A stretch of DNA of 64,000 nt from Trueperaceae bacterium (GCA_965213925.1 OZ243927.1:2848001-2912000); one strand, 5' to 3'. Shown: positions 20,558 to 30,388, numbered from the stretch's first letter. Notes: generated from the letters alone by a model not told the origin. Program-made: numbers and translations.

Positions 20558-21102
20558 GTTCGAGGTACGTCCCGCCACGCGATCACGGTAGCGTCCTCTA
20601 TGGACACCGCGCCGCGCACGAAAACGTGAGGCGTGTGCGCAAACCAGCCCCCTTTACGCCCGACTTCATAAAGTCGGGCGTACCACTTCTTGGTGGCGTC
20701 GCTCAGCGTTGTAACCTCTTGGTAAAAGTCGGGCTCGAGCCACGTCACGTGCGCTTCCGGTATATCCTCGCCGGCTCGTCCAGGTTCGGCGATGACGGCG
20801 GGCAGGTGAGCGACAGCTTCCACCGGGAACTGATACCAGTTCACATCCGGCAGCGTCACACCCAGCGTTCGCCACGCTTTGTAAACGAGGTGCGGATGTA
20901 GCGGCGAGAAGTTCAGCACCTCTTTACGTAAGCAGTCTAGTTTAGGAAGGTGCTGATACGGGATACGCTCGCGGCTCGGGTGATCGTCGTACTTGGCGAG
21001 TTGCTGCTGATAAAGTTTGGGCGCAAAGGTCTCTAACGCGCTGAGCGGATAGAGGGTTTCTCCGGTCATCTCTTCGGGAACTTGATGGTAGATACAAGCC
21101 AC
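20554..21102 (-). CDS. Hypothetical protein
   Basis: 182-aa ORF with RBS GAGGAGG; no recognised motif. Confidence 0.7.
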   Translation of the reverse strand: MACIYHQVPEEMTGETLYPLSALETFAPKLYQQQLAKYDDHPSRERIPYQHLPKLDCLRKEVLNFSPLHPHLVYKAWRTLGVTLPDVNWYQFPVEAVAHLPAVIAEPGRAGEDIPEAHVTWLEPDFYQEVTTLSDATKKWYARLYEVGRKGGWFAHTPHVFVRGAVSIEDATVIAWRDVPRT

Positions 21103-21244
21103 GCTTGACCTCCTCGTCTAATCAAGGACCCTAAGCGTAGGCGCTCGAGAGATCAGCTTCAGCGTCCAAGGCTCTGGCGACTGGGGCGCGAAAGGGCTAT
21201 ACTCTAGGCACCTTGATGAACGAGCAAACCTATACGGAACCCCG

Positions 21245-21928
21245 ATGAGCCGAGCGGACACCTTTATCCAGCTCTACAACCAGTTGGACGAACACCTCGC
21301 GCGAATCATGGACGAAGACTCGAGGACGCCCTTCTACAGCCTCGTCGAAAGGGCCGCCCAGCGCCGCTTTATCGTCAAGCGCGACGAGGTGACGCTCAAG
21401 AAGTACGGCAGCTTGCGCAACCTCATCGTGCACGACGCCGACTATCCGGAGCGCGTCTTAGCGGAGCCCACCGAGGAGACCTTGGCGCAGTTCGGGCGTA
21501 TTGTGCAACACCTGATAAATCCGCGAACGCTGGACGACTTTCGCAGAGAGGTCCATACGTTTTCGGAGCGCGACGCGCTCACCTCTGCGTTGGAGCACAT
21601 GCGCAGCGGAGACTTTTCTCAAGTCGTGGTGAGAGATGACCGCTTAGCCTTGCTCACGACCGAGGGCGTAGCGAAGTGGTTGGAGCGCCAACACGCCACG
21701 GCGAGCCTAGCGAACGCGACCATTGGCGACGCGCTCACACACGAACTTCCCGGCAGTTTTGAACTGGTAAGCCGACGAGAGACGCTCGAGCAGGCGCAAG
21801 CGGCATTCATCGGGGCGTTAGAACGGGGGAAACCGCGCCTCTACGCACTTATCATCACTGAAAATGGCAAACCTCATGAGACACCTTTAGGCGTGGTGAC
21901 GCCTTGGGACGTTATCGAAGACGACTAG
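21245..21928 (+). CDS. CBS-domain protein with N-terminal HEPN-like RxxxxH motif
   Basis: LRNLIVH in a helical N-terminus; CBS pair (AL..M...DFSQVVV, LGVVTPWDV). Confidence 0.75.
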   Translation: MSRADTFIQLYNQLDEHLARIMDEDSRTPFYSLVERAAQRRFIVKRDEVTLKKYGSLRNLIVHDADYPERVLAEPTEETLAQFGRIVQHLINPRTLDDFRREVHTFSERDALTSALEHMRSGDFSQVVVRDDRLALLTTEGVAKWLERQHATASLANATIGDALTHELPGSFELVSRRETLEQAQAAFIGALERGKPRLYALIITENGKPHETPLGVVTPWDVIEDD

Positions 21929-24195
21929 GCTTGCAGCGTGACGGTAGGGTCGGGCTCGAGCGTCTCTAAAAGGGCCTCGGATAGCGCCAGCGCCGCCTTT
22001 TTATCCAAAATTTGATTGCCGTTACCGCATTTAGGCGACAATACGCAGCGCGGACAGCCCTCTTTACAGGTGCAGTCCCGCAAGAGGTCCCTTGCCGCGC
22101 TCAGCCACTCGGGGAAGCGCGACGCGCCTGAGCGCGTATAGCCGACCCCACCGGGATACCCGTCGTAAATAAAGATGAGCGGTTCGCCTACCGCCGGATA
22201 GAAAGGATAGGAGACGCCGCCTACATCCGCGCGTTCGCAGAGGACGAAGACGGGCAACAGCCCGATGAGGGTGTGCTCTAAAGCGTGCATCGCCGCAGGC
22301 AAGTCGGCGGGCGAGAGCGCCTTTGCGACCTCTTTGACGCTGAACCAGAGCGCCTGCGTCGGGTAGGAGACGTCGGGCAAGTCCAAGAGCCGCTCGTCCA
22401 GTGCCGCTTCGCTGTAGAAACGCTTGCGCACGTAAGAGGTCATCTGCGTGGTGACGCGCGCCCGCCCGGTTTGAACGCCGTAGAAGCTCGCCTCGCGTTC
22501 CAAAATCTCGATCTCCGTCACCGAGCGCGTCTGCGTGTAGTAGTCTTCGATGTGGGGAAGGAGCACCGCAACGCCCTTTTCCAAGTCGAGGTTGCGTACC
22601 AAGTAATTCTCTCCCTGATGCAGATAGACCGCGCCGGGGTGAAGCTCGCGGAGCGCCGCCTCGTAGTCGCTCACGCCGAAGGCGTTGCCCGAGGCGTCTT
22701 TCATCACGATGCGCTTGCCGCCCGTGCCGCGCACGCTGATTTTCGGGTGCGGGTAGCCGCCTAAGTGATAGAACTTGCCGCGCAACTCTTTAAGGCGAGG
22801 GTGCTTACGCAGGTTAGCCGAGCCGACGACCTCTTCCCTCTCGACGAGCGGGCGCTCGTACGCCGCGCACGAGAGGTGGAGCGGGTGAAGTTCGCTGTTG
22901 AAGGCGTCCGCGACGGCGTTTTCGGCGCGTCCGTCGGTGATGAGGTCGGGATGATTCAAATAGTACTCGTCTAAGGGATCGTTGCCGGGGATGAGCAGCG
23001 TCAACGCGCGCTTGTCACCGCGCCCGGCACGCCCGGCACGTTGCCACAGCGCGGTCATGGAGCCAGGGTAGCCGACTAGAACCACAGCGTCCACGCCGCC
23101 CACGTCTACGCCGAGTTCCAACGCACTCGTCGCGGTCAACACGCGCAATGCTCCGTTTTTGAAGTCCGCCTCGAGCTTCCTTCTATCCTCTGGCGTGTAG
23201 CCCGCGCGGTAAGAGCCCAACCGCGTCGCCTCTTCGTCCGTGAGCTGCCCAGCGGCGTAGCGGCGCAGGAGTTCGGCGGTCTTGCGAGAGTTACAAAAGA
23301 AGATGCTTTTGAGTCCTGTACACACGAAGAGCGCGGCTAAGTCCGCCGCTTCGGTGTTGACGCTGCGCCGTGCATCCTTGCCGGGAAGCTCGGGCGGACG
23401 CCAGAAGAGGAGTTCGCGCGCCGCACGTGGTCCGTGGTCCTCGCGCACCGCCGTAAAATCCAAACCTGTCAAGTGCTGCGCGTGCAAGGCGGGGTTGCCG
23501 ATGGTCGCGCTCGCTGCAACCACTTGGGGCGACGCGCCGTAATGGAGAGCCAACCGCAGCAGCCGCCGCAAGATGTTCGCCACGTGCGTCCCCATCACCC
23601 CGCGGTAGGCGTGCAACTCGTCCACCACGATGAACTGTAGACGGCTGAAAAAGCCCGCCCAGAGCGCGTGGTGCGGCAAGATGCCGTAGTGGAGCATGTC
23701 GGGGTTGGTGAGTAGACAGCCCACGTGTTCGCGCACGGCGCGGCGCTCACGACTCGGGGTGTCGCCGTCGTAGCTCGAAACCCGCTCCCCCACCCCGAAA
23801 ACCCGCGCGAAGTCGCGCAGCTTGTCCAATTGGTCGTGCGCGAGCGCTTTGGTCGGAAAAAGGTAGAGCGCCGCGCCCCCTCCTTGCAACGCGCTCACGG
23901 TGGGCACTTGGTAGTTCAGCGACTTGCCCGACGCCGTCGGCGTGGCGATGACGACGTTACGCCCCGCTTCGATGAGCGTCAGCGCTTCCGCTTGGTGGCG
24001 GTAAGGCGTGATGCCAAGCGTGTCTAAAAGAGGTCGGTAAGTACCTTCGTAGACGAGCCGCTCCCCTTCTCTGCGCCCCGGCAAGAAGCTGTAAGAGGTG
24101 ATCTGCCCCTTGTAGTCCGCTAAAGAGGTCAGCCAGCCGTGATAGGAGCCGTAGTCGCGCAGGATGTCGGGCAGGGCTTCGGAGGGTTTCGGCAC
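21925..24195 (-). CDS. DEAD/DEAH helicase with DUF1998 (MrfA/Hrq1-like)
   Basis: PTASGKS, PTKALA.DQ, DELH, SAT, QRAGRAGR, YDGYPGG.G, C.C..GCP.C. Confidence 0.93.
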   Translation of the reverse strand: MPKPSEALPDILRDYGSYHGWLTSLADYKGQITSYSFLPGRREGERLVYEGTYRPLLDTLGITPYRHQAEALTLIEAGRNVVIATPTASGKSLNYQVPTVSALQGGGAALYLFPTKALAHDQLDKLRDFARVFGVGERVSSYDGDTPSRERRAVREHVGCLLTNPDMLHYGILPHHALWAGFFSRLQFIVVDELHAYRGVMGTHVANILRRLLRLALHYGASPQVVAASATIGNPALHAQHLTGLDFTAVREDHGPRAARELLFWRPPELPGKDARRSVNTEAADLAALFVCTGLKSIFFCNSRKTAELLRRYAAGQLTDEEATRLGSYRAGYTPEDRRKLEADFKNGALRVLTATSALELGVDVGGVDAVVLVGYPGSMTALWQRAGRAGRGDKRALTLLIPGNDPLDEYYLNHPDLITDGRAENAVADAFNSELHPLHLSCAAYERPLVEREEVVGSANLRKHPRLKELRGKFYHLGGYPHPKISVRGTGGKRIVMKDASGNAFGVSDYEAALRELHPGAVYLHQGENYLVRNLDLEKGVAVLLPHIEDYYTQTRSVTEIEILEREASFYGVQTGRARVTTQMTSYVRKRFYSEAALDERLLDLPDVSYPTQALWFSVKEVAKALSPADLPAAMHALEHTLIGLLPVFVLCERADVGGVSYPFYPAVGEPLIFIYDGYPGGVGYTRSGASRFPEWLSAARDLLRDCTCKEGCPRCVLSPKCGNGNQILDKKAALALSEALLETLEPDPTVTLQA

Positions 24196-24647
24196 CCTTT
24201 AAGCGTACCGCACACCGCTTCACGAGAGGTATTTTTGAGCAGCTTTTGAGTGAGTGTTGTAAGGGGCTCGAGCGCACCTCTACCTCTTTTAGCAGGTATC
24301 AAAGTCTGTCTCGCAAAGCTCGGAGCTGGTCAGAGTGCGCGAAGCGATGCGAAGCAACACTCTCACTTTGTAAGACGATGTTTCACTGCGTGAAAACTCC
24401 GTAACTAGCACGCACTTTAAGGGATGAAATCCCGCTAGCTTCGCTGAGACCTGCGCTCATCCGTCTCAATATGTTTTGGAATTACTCTCTACACGTTTCT
24501 TTCGGTATCTTTGTCCTTTCGAAGCGACAACGGCGGCATTTTAGGCGTCACTTTTTGCAATCTCACCTTGCATTGTGAGAATTCAAACATGCTACACTCC
24601 CTTGTCATGCGCGTTCATCTCAGCTTAATCCTTCTAGGGGTTGTCTC

Positions 24648-25871
24648 GTGATAACAACTATCTTTTTAGTCTTGCTCTACGCTTTAGTTCTGCCTTATAT
24701 CGGTCTGATGTTGATGGTTTTGGTCGGGCTCTTCCGGCGCAACCAGCGCCCTTTCAACCCGGCGACGCCCTCGGTCAGCGTGATTATCCCGGCGCACAAC
24801 GAAGAGGACAAGCTGGGCGCAACCTTAGCCTCACTCTCTGAGCAGCGTTACGACGGTGATTTGGAGTTCGTCATCGTCAATGACCGCTCGCGCGACGCGA
24901 CGGAGGCGATTATTCGAGGTTTTGTAGAACGTGACGCGCGTTTTCGGCTGGTGAACGTGACGGAGCCCAGCCGCCGCTTGGCTCCCAAAGTCAACGCCGT
25001 CAATATCGGTATCGCCAATTCATCAGGTGAGATTATCTTGACGAGCGACGCGGACTGCCAGTACCCCACAAGTTGGGTCAGCGGCATGGTCTCGCACTTC
25101 GAGAAAGACGTGGCGATGGTTGTGGGCTACGTCGAGAGCACGCAGCCCTTTGATGGCGCGGGCGCGGTGCAGCGCTTCGAGTCCACCGACTGGCTCTCTC
25201 TGATGCTCACCTCGATGTCCTTAACACACTTCGGCTGGAAGTTCGCGAGTAGCGCCAACAACCAGGGCTACCGCCGCAGCGCCTTCGAGGAAATCGGCGG
25301 TTTCGGCGCGTCGGGACGTGCGCCCTCGGGCGACGAAGACCTTTTGACGCAGCGTATGGGGCGTCTGCAAGAGGGGCGCATCGTCTTCGCCAGTGACCCT
25401 GCGATTCGCGTTTTTACCCAGCCGATGAAGAGCGCGCTCGCCCTCCTCAATCAGCGCCGCCGCTGGGTTTCGCGCTACCGCCACATCATGCACTACCACC
25501 CCGCGTTTTGGCTAAGCATCTTTATCTTAGGTTTCCAGAGCATCTTTTTATCCGCCGGGATTCTTTTATCGCCCTTCTTCCCGGAGATTGCACCTTATGT
25601 ATTTGGACTCTGGGCGGTGAAGCTCGCCGTAGAATTTTACGGCATGTACGTCGGCACAGGGATTATGGGTCGGCGCGACCTGTGGGGCGTTACGGTCGTC
25701 ACCTGGGCGCTTTTACATCCCTTTTTCATCGCCACCGTCGTCCTCTGGTCGCTTATCAAAACCGGCGAGTGGAAAGCCGGGGCGCAGGGGTACAGAAAAC
25801 GCTTTATCAAGCGGCAAATGAGAGAGATCAAGCGGGAGTGGAAGCGCAAAGTGCGGGGCGGATTGTTGTAA
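24648..25871 (+). CDS. Glycosyltransferase family 2, membrane-bound
   Basis: SVIIPAHNEE, VNDRS.D, TSDADC, GDED, QRRRW; flanking TM segments. Confidence 0.92.
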   Translation: MITTIFLVLLYALVLPYIGLMLMVLVGLFRRNQRPFNPATPSVSVIIPAHNEEDKLGATLASLSEQRYDGDLEFVIVNDRSRDATEAIIRGFVERDARFRLVNVTEPSRRLAPKVNAVNIGIANSSGEIILTSDADCQYPTSWVSGMVSHFEKDVAMVVGYVESTQPFDGAGAVQRFESTDWLSLMLTSMSLTHFGWKFASSANNQGYRRSAFEEIGGFGASGRAPSGDEDLLTQRMGRLQEGRIVFASDPAIRVFTQPMKSALALLNQRRRWVSRYRHIMHYHPAFWLSIFILGFQSIFLSAGILLSPFFPEIAPYVFGLWAVKLAVEFYGMYVGTGIMGRRDLWGVTVVTWALLHPFFIATVVLWSLIKTGEWKAGAQGYRKRFIKRQMREIKREWKRKVRGGLL

Positions 25872-25924
25872 ATAGGTGGTGTTAAGAACGCCTTAGCATC
25901 TCTTTTTTTCTTTGGAGAGAAATC

Positions 25925-26078
25925 GTGCCAGATATTCAAAGCTTATCGAGCACAACAATTGGGCGAATTTCCAAATTATCGAAACTTGTTCCGCTCTAAG
26001 TGCCAGATATTCTCGCAAAGCTTATCGAGCACAACAATTGGGCGAATTTCCAAATTATCGAAACTTGTTCCGCTCTAA
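25925..26078 (+). repeat. Tandem duplication of the DinB-family gene 5' end (75 + 79 bp)
   Basis: Copy 1 25925-25999 identical to copy 2 26000-26078 except that it lacks TCGC. Confidence 0.95.
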
Positions 26079-26500
26079 GTGAAGAGCAACTGGACACCGT
26101 TCCTCTACCCACCTCGAGCTGGAGCATCCGCTACACCTTATTTCATCTCGTCGAGTCGCAAGGGGGTTACCTTTCGCTCTTGACCTCTTCATCCGAGCGG
26201 AAACAGGCTATACCTCTCACCACTTCTTTTACCGAGTTACAGCAAGCAGCCGAAAGGAGCGGAGAGGCGCTGCTCGCCCTCGTCCGAGACGAAACCGGCG
26301 AATACTTCGCTACGCGCATCCAGACAGAGGACGGTTACTTTATAGACCTATGGGTGGTCGTCGTCCAAGCGATTAACCATGCTACAGAGCACCGTAGACA
26401 AATTTGCAGAATGTTGAGAATTTTAGGCGTCACGCCGCCTAGACTCGACGGTTGGGCGTTCGGAGAGGCTGTGAGCGCGGTCCTTCCGATTCGTATTTAA
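26000..26500 (+). CDS. DinB/YfiT-family metalloprotein
   Basis: HNNWAN, SIR.TL.H, NHATEHRRQ His triad. Confidence 0.88.
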   Translation: MPDILAKLIEHNNWANFQIIETCSALSEEQLDTVPLPTSSWSIRYTLFHLVESQGGYLSLLTSSSERKQAIPLTTSFTELQQAAERSGEALLALVRDETGEYFATRIQTEDGYFIDLWVVVVQAINHATEHRRQICRMLRILGVTPPRLDGWAFGEAVSAVLPIRI

Positions 26501-26655
26501 GGACGAGGGGCGGCTCGAGCCCCTTCTAACCCATCCTCCGCCCTAAATGGTAAGCTACCCCCGTTAAGACCCGCTACCAAACTGCTACACAACCTGCAGT
26601 TTAGTTTTTCATTCGGGGCTACCTTGTAAAGAACTCACCTAGTACGGAGGCATGT

Positions 26656-27867
26656 ATGAAAGTTATGATTTTAGGCGGAGACGGCTTCTGCGGCTGGCCC
26701 ACGGCGCTGCACCTGTCGAACTTGGGGCACGACGTGATTATTTTGGACAATCTGTCGCGGCGCAACATCGATAACGAACTCGAGGCGGGCTCACTCACCC
26801 CCATCCAACCCATCGGCACGCGCCTCAAAGTATGGCAAGAGGTCTCGGGCGAGACGATAGGCTTTTACAACCTCGATATTGCGCAGGAGTACGAGCGCCT
26901 ACTCCACGTCATTTTGGCGGAAGAACCGGACGCCATCGTCCACTTCGCCGAGCAACGCGCCGCGCCCTACTCGATGAAGTCGCCCAGGCACAAGCGCTAC
27001 ACGGTGGATAATAACCTCAATGCCACCCACAACGTGCTCTGCGCCATCGTCGAATCGGGTTTGGATATTCACGTCGCGCATTTGGGCACAATGGGCGTCT
27101 ACGGTTACGGCACGGCGGGTATGAAAATCCCCGAGGGCTACTTAGATGTCGAGGTTAAGACCGACACGGGCGAGCGCATGATGCAGCAGATTCTCTACCC
27201 GACGAACCCCGGCAGCGTCTACCACATGACCAAGACGCAAGACCAGCTCTTCTTCGCGTACTACAACAAAAACGACAGCGTGAGGGTGACGGACTTGCAC
27301 CAGGGCATCGTCTGGGGCACGAACACTGCCGAGACGAAGCGCGACGAGCGCCTGGTGAACCGCTTCGACTACGACGGCGACTACGGCACCGTCTTGAACC
27401 GCTTCTTGATGCAAGCCGCCGTCGGCTACCCCTTGACCGTGCACGGCACGGGCGGACAGACGCGGGCGTTTATCCATATTCAAGATACGGTCAAGTGCAT
27501 CCAACTTGCGCTGGAAAACCCCCCCGAAAAGGGTGAGCGCGTCAAAATTTTGAACCAGATGACCGAAACCCACCGCGTCCGCGACCTAGCCGAGATGATC
27601 AGCGAGATGACGGGCGCGGAGGTCGCGTATCTGGACAACCCGCGCAAAGAGGCAGCCGAGAACGACCTCCACGTCAAAAACGACCTCTTCTTGGATATGG
27701 GCCTTAACCCGACGACGCTCTCCGAGGGTTTGCTCTTAGAGGTCACGGACATCGCCCGCAAATATAAGGACCGCGCCGACCTGAGCAAAATTCCCTCGAC
27801 CTCCGTGTGGACGAAGGAGCAGAAGGCGGGGATTTTGAAAGATAAGAAGCTCGAGGCGGCGAGTTGA
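26656..27867 (+). CDS. sqdB: UDP-sulfoquinovose synthase
   Basis: GGDGFCGWPTALHLS, HFAEQRAAPYSM, LGTMGVYG, PGSVYHMTK, DLHQGIVWG, NRFDYDGDYGTVLNRF. Confidence 0.95.
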   Translation: MKVMILGGDGFCGWPTALHLSNLGHDVIILDNLSRRNIDNELEAGSLTPIQPIGTRLKVWQEVSGETIGFYNLDIAQEYERLLHVILAEEPDAIVHFAEQRAAPYSMKSPRHKRYTVDNNLNATHNVLCAIVESGLDIHVAHLGTMGVYGYGTAGMKIPEGYLDVEVKTDTGERMMQQILYPTNPGSVYHMTKTQDQLFFAYYNKNDSVRVTDLHQGIVWGTNTAETKRDERLVNRFDYDGDYGTVLNRFLMQAAVGYPLTVHGTGGQTRAFIHIQDTVKCIQLALENPPEKGERVKILNQMTETHRVRDLAEMISEMTGAEVAYLDNPRKEAAENDLHVKNDLFLDMGLNPTTLSEGLLLEVTDIARKYKDRADLSKIPSTSVWTKEQKAGILKDKKLEAAS

Positions 27868-27902
27868 CAAGCGAGTGCAAACAGATTCTAATTCCAGACT
27901 CG

Positions 27903-28109
27903 ATACATTGTTAAGTAAAAAATGAGTGATGTCATTCTGAGCGGAACGAAGTGGAGCGTAAGAATCTCGTCTTCCATTCCCTGCTAGCCGAGATTGCAAG
28001 TTACAAGGTTTTGGCATAGCCAAACGAGACCCTTACGCCTTCGCCGAAGCTTCGCTCTACTTCGTGAACAGGGTGACATCAGTGTTACAAAACTTACCTA
28101 ACAATGTAT
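27903..28109. mobile_element. ~207-bp nested fold-back element (MITE/REPIN-like)
   Basis: Terminal IR ATACATTGTTAAGTAA / TTACCTAACAATGTAT (15/16) with three inner IR pairs. Confidence 0.7.
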
Positions 28110-28123
28110 TTAATCTAATAAAC

Positions 28124-28155
28124 GGCTTCTAGCTAAAAGCTAACCGCTAAAAGCC
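28124..28155. repeat. Dispersed 32-bp repeat, copy 1 (copy 2 inverted at 37120-37151)
   Basis: Reverse complement matches 37120-37151 at 30/32; GCTAAAA/GCTAACC heptamer units. Confidence 0.8.
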
Positions 28156-28220
28156 ACGTAGACCGAGAAGAAAGGGGTGAAGAGCAAAGCGGAACCTATT
28201 TTTCTCTTTGCCCTTATTTT

Positions 28221-29366
28221 ATGCGCATCGCCCTCTTCACCGAAGTCTTTCTGCCTAAAATCGACGGGGTCGTAACCCGCATTGTGCGCACGCTGGACCA
28301 GTTGCGCGCGCTCGGTCACGAGGCGCTTATCTTTGCGCCGCACAACCCGCCCGAGTCTTACGCAGGATATAAGGTGGTGCGCGTACCGGGCGTGCCCTTC
28401 AAACCTTGGTATCCCGAACTCGTCTTAGGAATGCCGCGCCCGCGTTTGGGGCGCGAGCTGGACGCCTTCGCGCCCGACGTCGTCCACGTAGTCAACCCGG
28501 TGATTTTAGGGCTGTGGGGCACGGCGATTGCCAAGCAGCGCAACTTACCCCTTCTGGCGAGCTTCCACACCGACTTGCCGCAGTACGTGGACCACCTCAA
28601 ACTCGGCTTTCTGAAACCTCTTTCGTACACCTGGATTCGCGACGTACATAACCAAGCGCACGTCAACCTCTGCACGAGCCAGCCGATGGTCAACTCGGCA
28701 CAGGGGCTGGGCATCAAGCGCGTGCGGCTGTGGCCCAAAGCGGTGGATACAGAGACCTATCACCCGGAGAATAAGTCTGCCGCGATGCGCGAGCGACTTT
28801 CGGGCGGACGCCCTGAGCTGCCCCTGATGATCTATGTCGGGCGGCTCTCGCACGAGAAGCGGCTCGAGTGGCTCTACGCCCCCATCACCCAACTCAGCGG
28901 CGTGCGCTTAGCCTTCGTCGGCTCAGGACCGGCGGAAGCGTTTTTGCGCGAGCGTTTCAAGGACACGCCCACGGTTTTTACAGGCTATATGAGCGGGCGA
29001 GACTTAGCCGAGGCGTACGCGAGCGCCGACGTGTTCGCCTTTCCCTCGGATACCGAAACGCTCGGCTTTGTGGCGATGGAGGCGATGGCGTCGGGCATTC
29101 CGGTAGTCGGCGCGCGCGCGGGCGGCATCCCCGACGTCATCACGCCGGGCGAAAACGGCTTTATGTTCACTCCCGGTGACCTGGGCGAGTTGACGGAACA
29201 TCTCAGCGACCTTTTACACGACGCCGAATTGCGCGAGAGGTTGGGACGACAGGCGCGGCAAAGTGTTGAGCACTGGGGCTGGCGAGAGAGTACGCAGGCG
29301 CTGCTCGAGTACTACGAAAGGGCCAAGACCATCCACAAGAGGTACGACCCGCCGAGTCGATACTGA
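28221..29366 (+). CDS. sqdX: Sulfoquinovosyltransferase (GT4, SqdX/SQD2-like)
   Basis: MRIALFTEVFLPKIDGVV, ASFHTDLP.Y, YVGRLS.EK, FPSDTETLG.V..EAMASG; follows sqdB. Confidence 0.8.
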   Translation: MRIALFTEVFLPKIDGVVTRIVRTLDQLRALGHEALIFAPHNPPESYAGYKVVRVPGVPFKPWYPELVLGMPRPRLGRELDAFAPDVVHVVNPVILGLWGTAIAKQRNLPLLASFHTDLPQYVDHLKLGFLKPLSYTWIRDVHNQAHVNLCTSQPMVNSAQGLGIKRVRLWPKAVDTETYHPENKSAAMRERLSGGRPELPLMIYVGRLSHEKRLEWLYAPITQLSGVRLAFVGSGPAEAFLRERFKDTPTVFTGYMSGRDLAEAYASADVFAFPSDTETLGFVAMEAMASGIPVVGARAGGIPDVITPGENGFMFTPGDLGELTEHLSDLLHDAELRERLGRQARQSVEHWGWRESTQALLEYYERAKTIHKRYDPPSRY

Positions 29367-29371
29367 AGGGC

Positions 29372-29443
29372 AGAAGCAAGAAGCAAGAAGTAGGAAGTAG
29401 GAATATGAAGGCTTTTCTCCTTAATTCTTACTTCCTACTTCTT
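29372..29443. repeat. Heptamer tandem repeat folding into a 20-bp hairpin
   Basis: AGAAGCA AGAAGCA AGAAGTA GGAAGTA GGAATAT; 29385-29404 complements 29424-29443 at 19/20. Confidence 0.8.
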
Positions 29444-29494
29444 TTTACTTATTCTTCCGCCGCCCTCCGTCCCCCTTTTGCGGTAGCATAACTC

Positions 29495-30388
29495 ATGGTT
29501 CGCCCCCTCGAGACCCAGCACCTCCCGCCACTCTTAGAGCTGCTCAAACTGCAAGACAGTCACGCAGAGCTGCGCACCATGAGCCCGGAGAGCCGCGAGC
29601 TTGAAGAGTTGGCGCTCGAGCTAGGCGAACTCTCGCCCTACAGCGAGATGTTCCCGTTCGTCTTGGAACGAGGCGGCGACTTCGGCGCGTACGTGGCGTT
29701 ATGCAACTACGGCGGCGAGGCGTTTTTGGAGGGCCCACTGATTCAGCCCGAGTTGGAGGCGGACGCGGTGTATCCCTTAGTCGAAAAGACGGTCGAAGAG
29801 GCGCGGCGCTACGGGTACGGTTTTTTAGAGGCGTTCACCGACGAGGAGAACGAGCGGGCTCAAGAGGTCTTGGGCGCAAACGGCTTCGAGCCCTTTCGCA
29901 CGACCTACATCTACGAATTCACGCGCCAAGACACGCTCAAACCCCTCTCCCCCACTGAGTTCCGCTTCGACCTGTCGGGCGAAATCACCGCCTCGGACTA
30001 CCGCGACCTCTACCGCGAGACGAGCGACAACTGGAGCACGCGCCTAGCCTGGAGCGACGAAGAACTCGCCGAACGCTTCGCCGAGCCGGACGTGAAGCTG
30101 ATGCTGGCATATCAGGGCGAAGAGGTCGTGGGACACTTGGAACTCGAGCTTATTTCTGAGGAGAATTACGCAGAGATCGCCTACTTCGGCGTATTGCCGG
30201 GGGCGAGAGGTCAAAAACTCGGGCGGCAGTTGCTCTTACGCGGTCTCCACGAAGCCCTCAAAGATGAAGGCGTCTCGCTCGTGTTAGCGCGGGCGAACGA
30301 CGACGAACGCGCGGCGTCGTTCGCGCTAGAAAAAACGGGCTTTCACCTCTCGCACGGGGTGATTGCGTGGACGCTCGAGCTGGAGTAA
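29495..30388 (+). CDS. Tandem GNAT acetyltransferase
   Basis: FGVLPGARGQKLGRQLL, N..A....EKTGF in both halves; leaderless TAGCAT. Confidence 0.85.
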   Translation: MVRPLETQHLPPLLELLKLQDSHAELRTMSPESRELEELALELGELSPYSEMFPFVLERGGDFGAYVALCNYGGEAFLEGPLIQPELEADAVYPLVEKTVEEARRYGYGFLEAFTDEENERAQEVLGANGFEPFRTTYIYEFTRQDTLKPLSPTEFRFDLSGEITASDYRDLYRETSDNWSTRLAWSDEELAERFAEPDVKLMLAYQGEEVVGHLELELISEENYAEIAYFGVLPGARGQKLGRQLLLRGLHEALKDEGVSLVLARANDDERAASFALEKTGFHLSHGVIAWTLELE

